From a virus: DNA of 64,000 nt. Below the pieces are notes generated by a model that made no database searches, had not been told where the DNA came from, and was given only the letters and a program-made list of their open reading frames with translations. The stretch's first letter is position 1, and every line of letters begins with the position of its first letter. Positions 1-7,227 of the stretch are shown one piece after another. The position numbers were made by a program, and so were the translations under genes. The DNA lies in the IMG/VR virus record IMGVR_UViG_3300022937_000008, positions 32,001 to 96,000 of that record; one strand, written 5' to 3'.

Positions 1-419
1 TGTCCGCAGTTCCATAATACAACACTCGACCAGTTCTTTCGTGGATACACAGTTTGTTTTTGTCCATCCATCTTAAATCCTTCTTCAACTTTGTAATCGT
101 GTTGTACACACATAACTGCATATTTGTCATCTGCTTGATCAAACAATTCTTTAATGTCTGTTGTAAGAATCATATCACAATCCATAAACAATGCCCACCC
201 ATTAAAGTTAGCAAGTTCTGGAATAAGAAATCTAGTGAATGTAAATTCTGTTGATGCTAGTTTATCAACAGGGCGGGTATACCATCCTGCTTCTCTTAAT
301 TCGTTTTGTTTTAGCGGGTGTACTTCCGCATTAGGTTGTCTGCTTACAATACTGTGTTTGCATACCTGGTACGCAATATCTTCTCTAGTATCGTAGCCGA
401 CATATACTTTTAGTTCCAT
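1..419 (-). CDS. Glycosyltransferase, GT-A fold / GT8-like (truncated at window start)
   Basis: Hand translation from ATG at 419: MELKVYVGYDTREDIAYQVCKHSI...STEFTFTRFLIP...ALFMDCDM...YPRKNWSSVVLWNCG. Has a DxD motif and overlaps the upstream ORF stop. Not in the ORF track. Confidence 0.85.
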   Translation of the reverse strand, partial: MELKVYVGYDTREDIAYQVCKHSIVSRQPNAEVHPLKQNELREAGWYTRPVDKLASTEFTFTRFLIPELANFNGWALFMDCDMILTTDIKELFDQADDKYAVMCVQHDYKVEEGFKMDGQKQTVYPRKNWSSVVLWNCG

Positions 420-1216
420 TGTTCCTCCAACATCCTTTTGGCTTTGCCGGTTCTTAGTTCGCTTACATGGTATTGACCATATGATAGATGGCAACCCCAT
501 TTAAATACTTCATCCGTGTCCGGATAATATGGTGTTTCTATTTTAGTTATGTCATTACAACCGATCGCAGCAGCAGCACTAGTAGGTGCTAAAGGAAACA
601 CCGGTATACCATGAAATACAGCTTCGACTGCTGCATTACTGTTATACGTAACTAAAGCAAATACATCCTTGTTTAATGCTTCTTCTAACGTATCAGTTAA
701 ACGATTAATTCTTAACTTATCTCTTTGCCTAACTTCGATTGGTCTGTCTGTATAACTCTTTAATGTGTTAACAGTTTTTGAAATCCAATCATCTAAATCC
801 TGTCCGTAAAATTTCATAGGCTTTTCGTCAGGTGCAGCAATTAAAATTTTTCTGCCTCCCTTTTTCATTTTATTAATCTTTTTGTTAAACTGTTTAAATC
901 TATCACTCGGCCTATCAATAATTTTTGAATGTTGAAGATCATTCTTTACAATTCTGTGCCAGTATTTCCATCCGTTAGGATTAGTAACCGAAGGTTCATT
1001 TCCAAAATATCCTGTGTCCATAAAGTAAAAGTTTCGATTGTCTTCCCAGCATCGATGTATAACTTTTTTCTTTAAAATTCCTCTTAAAACAATAGGATCT
1101 TCAGAAGCATCGTAATCAAAATCTGCACTGTCGATAGGATCTACTTTACATCCTCTGGCAAATTCGTTAATGTACGGGTCTTCTAATCCTTTGCTTAAAA
1201 AAATCCAATTACTCAT
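410..1216 (-). CDS. Putative glycosyltransferase, capsule polysaccharide synthesis (KpsC/KpsS)-like GT-B
   Basis: C-terminal VTYNSNAAVEAVFHGIPVF resembles the capsule-synthesis family; located in a sugar-gene cluster. Confidence 0.55.
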   Translation of the reverse strand: MSNWIFLSKGLEDPYINEFARGCKVDPIDSADFDYDASEDPIVLRGILKKKVIHRCWEDNRNFYFMDTGYFGNEPSVTNPNGWKYWHRIVKNDLQHSKIIDRPSDRFKQFNKKINKMKKGGRKILIAAPDEKPMKFYGQDLDDWISKTVNTLKSYTDRPIEVRQRDKLRINRLTDTLEEALNKDVFALVTYNSNAAVEAVFHGIPVFPLAPTSAAAAIGCNDITKIETPYYPDTDEVFKWGCHLSYGQYHVSELRTGKAKRMLEEQWN

Positions 1217-1986
1217 TTTCTCTCAATATCTTCCTCGACACAATCTTCCCCGTATTGTATTTCAACAATACGTAATGGTGTATCGTGTTCGTTTGATAGT
1301 TGATGCCATTCGTTTACTGGAATATGTAAACTTTGGTGTTGTTCAAAAACACCTCTTAATTCATAATCGGTTGCTCGATTAATTGTGTAAACTGTTGCCG
1401 TTCCTTCCGCTACAAACCAGTGTTCACTACGCTTTTGATGTCTTTGCATAGATAACCTTTTACCTGGTTCTACAGTTAATTCTTTTACTTTGGTATGACT
1501 ACCGTACTCATGAATCACTCTATAGTAACCCCATTCTCTTTTTGTTTTTGGTGCTTTCCATTCTTCAAGTATCCAACTACTCGAATTCATTTTGTTCTCA
1601 CCACCAACACCAAATTTAAATCTTACATTTGGCTGGTCTTTGTAAAACTCCATTTCTGGAATATTTTCTGATGTTCGATCTCCACCGTTTGCAAAAATAA
1701 TTTGGGTATTTGAAGATGTTGTTGCCATTGTTTTGTATATAGCGCCAGTAGCACTACCGTCACTGTCGTCAAATGAAATAACTTTGTCTACTACACTTAA
1801 TTCTTTTATAATAGCGACTCTTTCTGCCATAGGCATAAAAGGACGACCTTTTTTATTAGTAAGCCATTCATCAGAATTTAAACCTACCCAAAGTTCGTCA
1901 CCTAGTTTCTTCGCTGCTTTAAAATATTCGATATGCCCTGAATGTAATGGATCAAAACCTCCAGTAACTAATACAATTGTTTTCAT
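1213..1986 (-). CDS. Cytidylyltransferase-family (HxGH) nucleotidyltransferase fused to a mannose-6-phosphate-isomerase-type cupin
   Basis: N-terminal GGFDPLHSGH and GGDR; C-terminal WGYY...LSMQRHQKRSEHW...HQL...EIQYG...EEDIER typical of the ManC C-terminal cupin. Confidence 0.85.
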   Translation of the reverse strand: MKTIVLVTGGFDPLHSGHIEYFKAAKKLGDELWVGLNSDEWLTNKKGRPFMPMAERVAIIKELSVVDKVISFDDSDGSATGAIYKTMATTSSNTQIIFANGGDRTSENIPEMEFYKDQPNVRFKFGVGGENKMNSSSWILEEWKAPKTKREWGYYRVIHEYGSHTKVKELTVEPGKRLSMQRHQKRSEHWFVAEGTATVYTINRATDYELRGVFEQHQSLHIPVNEWHQLSNEHDTPLRIVEIQYGEDCVEEDIERK

Positions 1987-2063
1987 GTTATAACCTTTGA
2001 AATGCTAGTAATATTTATGTGCGTAGTTAATGCGATAAATATTAAAATGGCAGGAAATTTCAA

Positions 2064-2513
2064 ATGAAAATATTAATATGCGGGTTACCCGGAAGTGGAA
2101 AAACAACTTTGGCAAAACCATTTGCTGAATTAATAGGCGGAATACACATTAATGCTGATCAAGTTAGAGAGCATTATAAAGATTGGGATTTTAGTTTGGA
2201 AGGTAGAATTAGGCAAGCACAACGTATGCGTCATTTAGCAGATGGCATTGTTATGGCAGGTAAAATTGCTGTTGCAGATTTTGTTTGTCCTACGAAAGAT
2301 GCAAGATCAGAGTTTGATGCAGATTATACAATCTGGATGGATACTATCAAAGAAGGTCGATATGATGATACTAATAAAATGTTTGTTCCATTAGAGAAAG
2401 GTGAATACAACTATCATGTTTCTCAATGGTTCGATGATACTCATCAACAACTATTAAAAGTAGTAACTAACTACATTAATAACAAAAATGGAAAACATAC
2501 AGAGAGGTTATAA
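2064..2513 (+). CDS. cysC: Adenylylsulfate (APS) kinase-like P-loop kinase
   Basis: GLPGSGKTT P-loop, NADQVR, DFSLEGRIRQ and DFVCP match APS kinase motifs. Confidence 0.75.
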   Translation: MKILICGLPGSGKTTLAKPFAELIGGIHINADQVREHYKDWDFSLEGRIRQAQRMRHLADGIVMAGKIAVADFVCPTKDARSEFDADYTIWMDTIKEGRYDDTNKMFVPLEKGEYNYHVSQWFDDTHQQLLKVVTNYINNKNGKHTERL

Positions 2514-2902
2514 TGTTTGATTTAAAAAAGCCTACAGTGCAGTTATTAGGAAGATGGCAGCCTTGGCATAAAGGACACACTGAATTATTTAGAAAGGCTC
2601 TAGCAAAAACAGGCCAAGTTTGTGTAATGGTCAGAGATGTACACGGTGTTGATGCTGGTATGGGAAATGATGACAATCCGTTCGAACATACCGAAGTTGT
2701 AATTAATATTCAAGCCGCATTACTTGCAGAAGGATATACACACGGTGTAGAATATATTCTAGTTCAAGTACCAAATATAGTTGATATTAGTTATGGAAGA
2801 GGAGTAGGTTATACATTTACTCAACACGATTTAGGTGAAGACATACATAATATCAGCGCAACAGACATACGTGCAGAAATGAGGTCTCAAGGCAAACTTT
2901 AA
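2513..2902 (+). CDS. Small HxGH-family nucleotidyltransferase (candidate minimal ATP sulfurylase)
   Basis: GRWQPWHKGH motif and C-terminal ISATDIR; translationally coupled to both neighbours. Confidence 0.7.
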   Translation: MFDLKKPTVQLLGRWQPWHKGHTELFRKALAKTGQVCVMVRDVHGVDAGMGNDDNPFEHTEVVINIQAALLAEGYTHGVEYILVQVPNIVDISYGRGVGYTFTQHDLGEDIHNISATDIRAEMRSQGKL

Positions 2903-3435
2903 TGGCAATACTTGTTAAAGAACCTAAAAGATTCACATACATACACATTCCTAAAACTGCTGGTACAAGTGTTACAAATGCGTTATTATCTATAGGTGGT
3001 GAACTAATTGGACGTAAACATTCTCCTAGATCTGTATTAAAAGAAGATTTAGGTTTTGTATTCACTATAGTTAGAAACCCGTGGGAAAGAATTGTTAGTG
3101 GTTGGACGCACGATAAAAAAGCATCATGGCGTAGCAAATATCCAATGCTAGAAAAAGAGTTTAACGATGGTATATATGAATATTTGGAAGTAAGAAAAAC
3201 TTTAAAACATTCACAATTAAATTATATCAATAAAGATGATATGATTTTAAGATACGAAAATCTAAATGAAGATTGGCATCATCTACGAAATATCTTATTT
3301 GTTGAGATGCCAGACCTTCCTAGATTAGAAGTAGGATCACATAATCATTATAGAGATTATTATAATCAAAAAACTAAAGATTATGTTTACCAAAAATATA
3401 AAATTGAAATTGATACTTTAGGGTATGAATTTTAA
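2902..3435 (+). CDS. Sulfotransferase (Sulfotransfer_2 type)
   Basis: 5'-PAPS-binding YIHIPKTAGTS, 3'-PB motif VRNPWERIVS, and RYENL. Confidence 0.85.
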   Translation: MAILVKEPKRFTYIHIPKTAGTSVTNALLSIGGELIGRKHSPRSVLKEDLGFVFTIVRNPWERIVSGWTHDKKASWRSKYPMLEKEFNDGIYEYLEVRKTLKHSQLNYINKDDMILRYENLNEDWHHLRNILFVEMPDLPRLEVGSHNHYRDYYNQKTKDYVYQKYKIEIDTLGYEF

Positions 3436-3887
3436 AGTGTTGCATCATCAAGGCCTGCTGTTCTTAACTTAACAATGTTTGATAACTGCCATTGTTTAAT
3501 GTCTAAGCCTTTAATAATACCTAACCACTTATTTCTTAACAAAGCAAATTCGTTGATAATTTTTTCAAAATCAACAACATCGGCTTCGCCGTCTACGAAC
3601 TTCTCAGCATCTCTAGAACTTAATGCACGTTGATAGTTTTCAACATACTTTCTAAAGTGAGTAGAACGTAGTCGACGTAGCTCAATATTTAAATATTCAA
3701 GAATTGCTTCTATTTCTTGTAGTTGATTAAAACGAGTTTCAACAATAGCAGGCATTGTTGCAGAAGCTGTTTCAATTCTGCCTTTGATGCCTGTTTCTTT
3801 TTTTGCTTCTAATAGTTCCGATTCGTAATAAGCTACTGCGTCAGGAATATTAGAAATGTTCTTAGATACTTTATCGTACCAATTCAT
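3432..3887 (-). CDS. uvsY: UvsY-like recombination mediator
   Basis: Helical ~150-aa protein near uvsX with a UvsY-like C-terminus (KQWQLSNIVKLRTAG); start placed at MNWYD. Confidence 0.75.
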   Translation of the reverse strand: MNWYDKVSKNISNIPDAVAYYESELLEAKKETGIKGRIETASATMPAIVETRFNQLQEIEAILEYLNIELRRLRSTHFRKYVENYQRALSSRDAEKFVDGEADVVDFEKIINEFALLRNKWLGIIKGLDIKQWQLSNIVKLRTAGLDDATL

Positions 3888-4123
3888 TAGTCCCACTCGT
3901 CATTATCATCAGGTTCATCATATGAGTCTTCATCGATAACATATTCAACTGCTTCGTCGAGATATGTGTCAATGCCAAATAACCCCTCAATAACTTGTTC
4001 GCTCACACCATAGTCTAACAGTGTATTAATATACTCTTTTGCTAAATCACGTTTTTTGTTTTCAGCAATATGTTCAGACATCATGTTCCAAATATCAGCG
4101 ATTAAATCTTGATTCATATTCAT
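3887..4123 (-). CDS. Hypothetical acidic protein
   Basis: ORF tightly coupled between uvsX and uvsY. Confidence 0.7.
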   Translation of the reverse strand: MNMNQDLIADIWNMMSEHIAENKKRDLAKEYINTLLDYGVSEQVIEGLFGIDTYLDEAVEYVIDEDSYDEPDDNDEWD

Positions 4124-5206
4124 TTATTCTCCACTAGTTGCTACTTCAGCCTCCTTGCTAGTTTCCTCAACAACTTCTTCTTGATCAATGAGTTCTGGTT
4201 TAGCATTAAGGTCTGAGATTATCATATCTAATTTATCTCCAACCCACGCTTTACGATACTCAATATGGTCATTGCCTGCAAGGTCAGTGTATTTAAGTCT
4301 ATTGCCTTCTTTTTTCAAAATACCTTTACCTTCGAATAAATCAACCAGTCCTGAATAAGGATCCATTCCTGTTTCATATGGAATCTTAACCTGTACTGCT
4401 TCAAACGGTTTTGCGTAACGAGTTTTCATTACTTTACAAGCCGCTCTAATACCACGTACATCAGTTACTTTGTTACCGTCTTCATCTTCTTTCAGTTTCA
4501 ATTTACGCATTGCTACTACAATTGAACTTGCATAGATAAAGCCTTGACCACCTGAGATTTTATCATCTGGATCAAACATATCTTGTGATGCATAAGTGTG
4601 ATTAGTTGCTACAAGTCCTACATTATGTGAACCAAACATATTAACCGAATTACGAACAAGTGCTGTTAGTGCTTTAGGCTTACGACCCATATCACCTTTT
4701 AAATCACCCTTGTCAAACTGATCAACATCTGTTGGAGTCAGTAGCATACCTAGTGAATCAATTACAAACAATACTTTCGGACGATCTTCTTCTGCCATTT
4801 CTCTATACTCTTTCATAAATTCTGAAATAGTTTTAGCGACATCGTCGATCATACTCATGTTAAGTTTAAGTAATTTTTCTTCACTTGTATCAACATTAAG
4901 TGCCTGCAACCATTGTTCGTCAAGTGCGTTCTCTGAGTCAATAAGAACTACAAAGATACCTTGATCTTGTGCTGCTTTAACAATATTTGCTGAACAGAAG
5001 TATGATTTACCACTACCTGATTCACCTGCAAATACAGTTACCTTTCCTAACGGAACACCTTTGTGAAAATCTCCACTGATCAAATAATTGAGTGCATAGT
5101 TACCTGTGCTAACCCAATCAGTGGGATCATTAAAACCAATACCAAGTCCGTCAATACTTTTAGTAAGGCTTTTTCTAAATTTACTAATATCAAATGGTTT
5201 TGCCAT
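4124..5206 (-). CDS. uvsX: UvsX / RecA-like recombinase
   Basis: Walker A GESGSGKS, IDSE, VIDSLG and SGGQG motifs; start at MAKPF preceded by GGAGA. Confidence 0.95.
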   Translation of the reverse strand: MAKPFDISKFRKSLTKSIDGLGIGFNDPTDWVSTGNYALNYLISGDFHKGVPLGKVTVFAGESGSGKSYFCSANIVKAAQDQGIFVVLIDSENALDEQWLQALNVDTSEEKLLKLNMSMIDDVAKTISEFMKEYREMAEEDRPKVLFVIDSLGMLLTPTDVDQFDKGDLKGDMGRKPKALTALVRNSVNMFGSHNVGLVATNHTYASQDMFDPDDKISGGQGFIYASSIVVAMRKLKLKEDEDGNKVTDVRGIRAACKVMKTRYAKPFEAVQVKIPYETGMDPYSGLVDLFEGKGILKKEGNRLKYTDLAGNDHIEYRKAWVGDKLDMIISDLNAKPELIDQEEVVEETSKEAEVATSGE

Positions 5207-5227
5207 GTTTATCTCCTTCCATATACT

Positions 5228-5252
5228 ATAGGGAGTGACTAGCACTCCCTAT
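5228..5252. terminator. Stem-loop between gp32 and uvsX
   Basis: ATAGGGAGTG-actag-CACTCCCTAT, a perfect 10-bp inverted repeat; no U-tract on the coding (-) strand. Confidence 0.5.
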
Positions 5253-5262
5253 GTATTTTTTA

Positions 5263-6246
5263 TTAGCCTTGTTGTCTGTTACGAATCATTGCAAGAATAT
5301 CTTGCGCTCTATTTGCGCTGTCATTACCTGCTGTAGATTCTTCAGCCGCTGGTGCTGCTGTTTCAGTTACTGGCTCTGCCGCTGGAGTTGGAGTTGCTGC
5401 TGCCGGTGCAGATGGTGCTGCCTTACTTGTTACATTCGGATCACCTGTCTGCTGTGACATACCTGCTGGACGGAAGTATTGTCCCCAACGTTCCATATCA
5501 TATGCTTCACCGTCTACTGACGCTTCAAACATTTCTTTCATTACTTTAAGTTCAACTTCAGTTGGCTTCTTAGGTAAGAAGTCTGATAAGTTAAACAATC
5601 CATGACTATCAACTGCTGCTTGTTCTTCATCAGTTAATGATCTTTCTCTACGTGACCATTGTGATGTTGAGTAATCAGCATAGCCGCCTTTAGAAGTTTT
5701 CTTAATTCTAAAGTCTACGCCTTTTAGATAATCTGTTGGAAGTTCTTCCAACTCAGGATCCATTAAAGCACTTTTAATAATTTGGAAAATTTGTGGTCCA
5801 ATAATAAAACGTCTAATTGGATTATCTGGGGTAGTTTCTTCGTTTAGTGGATCATCTGAAACAAAGCCTTGGAAAATGTATGAACGCTTTTTCCAATACT
5901 TACGGCCCATATCTTCTAGTGACTTGTCTTTAAACCAGCCACGTACTTCAGATAGGATCGGACAAGTAGTACCGTCATTGTACATTTCCACGCATGGAAC
6001 CTGAACAATTGTTTGACGATTGTCTGACTCGCCTTTAACTCCCGCAAATGGAAGTTTGATCATTGCACGTTCAACCCAAAAGAATGTGTTGGCTGAGTTA
6101 CCATCTGGTAAGAACCTTACCACGGCTTCTTTGCCTTCTTGCATATTCCAATGTGGGTAAACTGCGTTATCGCCGCCACCTGTGTTTCCAGATGTACGTG
6201 TTTGAGCTTCTTGAAGTTTAGCTCGGATTTCTGCTAATGTTGCCAT
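5263..6246 (-). CDS. gp32: gp32-like single-stranded DNA-binding protein
   Basis: VVRFLP, CPI, KKRSY and GYADYSTS motifs; low-complexity C-terminus; adjacent to uvsX. Confidence 0.9.
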   Translation of the reverse strand: MATLAEIRAKLQEAQTRTSGNTGGGDNAVYPHWNMQEGKEAVVRFLPDGNSANTFFWVERAMIKLPFAGVKGESDNRQTIVQVPCVEMYNDGTTCPILSEVRGWFKDKSLEDMGRKYWKKRSYIFQGFVSDDPLNEETTPDNPIRRFIIGPQIFQIIKSALMDPELEELPTDYLKGVDFRIKKTSKGGYADYSTSQWSRRERSLTDEEQAAVDSHGLFNLSDFLPKKPTEVELKVMKEMFEASVDGEAYDMERWGQYFRPAGMSQQTGDPNVTSKAAPSAPAAATPTPAAEPVTETAAPAAEESTAGNDSANRAQDILAMIRNRQQG

Positions 6247-6307
6247 TTTTGTAGCCTCCTTTGTTGCCTAATGTAAAAATGTCATTTATGCCTAATGCAC
6301 AATATGT

Positions 6308-6336
6308 ATTATGTGCTCTTTTATTTATCTTGTCAA
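6308..6336 (-). promoter_or_regulatory. Sigma70-type promoter of gp32
   Basis: TTGACA-17 nt-CATAAT on the minus strand, with a TAAATA inside the spacer. Confidence 0.75.
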
Positions 6337-6368
6337 CAAGATTCTTAAATTTTTTTATTCCAAAGTTT

Positions 6369-6533
6369 TTAAGCGCAGCCGTTTTCTTCCATACAAGGCC
6401 AATCTGTGTCATCTGTGTCGACCTTACACGCTGCTAAAACTACAGGATCGTATGTTTCGCCTCTTTGCCATTCTATGTCATAACCTGCACAGCCTGACAT
6501 AAGTGCAGCAATAAACATCATTCTACCTGTCAT
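6369..6533 (-). CDS. Small putative lipoprotein (54 aa)
   Basis: Hand translation MTGRMMFIAALMSGCAGYDIEW...CMEENGCA; hydrophobic signal plus lipobox-like MSG-C; overlaps the upstream ORF end. Confidence 0.6.
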   Translation of the reverse strand: MTGRMMFIAALMSGCAGYDIEWQRGETYDPVVLAACKVDTDDTDWPCMEENGCA

Positions 6534-6747
6534 AGTCTGATCCTTTATTAAATGATTGTATGTCTATGCAGATTTCTAATTGTATGTTTGATAGTGTTTT
6601 AGGATCTTGATCGCAATGAATAGTACCGTGCTGTACACTTTCATGCATATCAGGTTCTTTACTTATAGGTCCATACCAAATTAAAAATGCAAATAAACCA
6701 ATGATTAACAATAAACCCCAACCGCTTGGGTTTGGTGCTTTATCCAT
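6523..6747 (-). CDS. Small membrane-anchored hypothetical protein
   Basis: N-terminal hydrophobic helix WGLLLIIGLFAFLIWY. Confidence 0.6.
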   Translation of the reverse strand: MDKAPNPSGWGLLLIIGLFAFLIWYGPISKEPDMHESVQHGTIHCDQDPKTLSNIQLEICIDIQSFNKGSDYDR

Positions 6748-6756
6748 TTTTACTTC

Positions 6757-6918
6757 CTAAACGCAGTCGCCTATATCTAATAGTCTTAGATAGACTCCGC
6801 GATCATATTCATCTTTAGATAACCAATTTCCTTTACTAAAGACAGCAAGGTTACCATTTTGATCTAGTGCTTGTTGTCCTTCGAAAGGTTCAGGTATCTC
6901 CCTTACAACAACTTTCAT
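6757..6918 (-). CDS. Hypothetical protein (53 aa)
   Basis: Hand translation MKVVVREIPEPFEGQQ...LLDIGDCV with an AAGGA ribosome-binding site. Confidence 0.55.
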   Translation of the reverse strand: MKVVVREIPEPFEGQQALDQNGNLAVFSKGNWLSKDEYDRGVYLRLLDIGDCV

Positions 6919-6944
6919 AATAATTCCTTTTGAGAATGTTAACT

Positions 6945-6973
6945 AAAAATGCTCCGCTTTGTGAGCGGAGCAT
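6945..6973 (-). terminator. Rho-independent terminator after pqqA
   Basis: 10-bp stem ATGCTCCGCT/AGCGGAGCAT followed by a T-run on the minus strand. Confidence 0.85.
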
Positions 6974-6992
6974 AGTTTTTACGCAAATAAAA

Positions 6993-7064
6993 TTACTTGT
7001 TCATGATGTACATAGTAACTTCAAATCCAAAGCGCATTTCTTCTGCTACTGGCTTAGTCCACAT
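6993..7064 (-). CDS. pqqA: PqqA, pyrroloquinoline quinone precursor peptide (23 aa)
   Basis: MWTKPVAEEMRFGFEVTMYIMNK*: MWxKP start plus RxGFEVTMY with the conserved E-x-x-x-Y; AAGGAGA RBS; downstream terminator. Confidence 0.95.
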   Translation of the reverse strand: MWTKPVAEEMRFGFEVTMYIMNK

Positions 7065-7092
7065 AATGTGTCTCCTTTTCAGATTAAATTAT

Positions 7093-7140
7093 GTAAACAG
7101 TTCATCGGAGATGCTGACCCAAAGTCCGATTTGAGTTCAC
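7093..7140 (-). ncRNA. Putative structured cis-regulatory RNA in the pqqA leader
   Basis: Nested pairings GUGAAC/GUUUAC, AUCGGA/UCCGAU and GAC/GUC immediately 5' of the pqqA RBS. Confidence 0.55.
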
Positions 7141-7144
7141 CTAG

Positions 7145-7175
7145 AAAATAAAAGTGTAGTATTGCTACTACACTT
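7145..7175 (-). terminator. GCAA-loop hairpin with U-rich tail upstream of the pqqA leader
   Basis: AAGTGTAGTA-GCAA-TACTACACTT followed by TTATTTT on the minus strand. Confidence 0.65.
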
Positions 7176-7176
7176 C

Positions 7177-7215
7177 TATTTAACTCTATTATAAATGATT
7201 AATTAAAAAAATCAA
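7177..7215 (-). promoter_or_regulatory. Sigma70-like promoter plus late TAAATA upstream of pqqA
   Basis: TTGATT-16 nt-TATAAT at 7215-7188 and TAAATA at 7182-7177. Confidence 0.55.
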
Positions 7216-7227
7216 TAAAGAAAATCA

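Noticed and set aside
6218-6502. Track ORFs 6218-6412 (-) and 6311-6502 (+)
   Set aside because: They overlap the gp32 promoter and the better-supported 54-aa lipoprotein ORF, and have no recognisable features.
6930-7151. 73-aa + strand ORF from the track
   Set aside because: It has a TTG start and overlaps pqqA, its leader and its terminator on the opposite strand; a shadow ORF.
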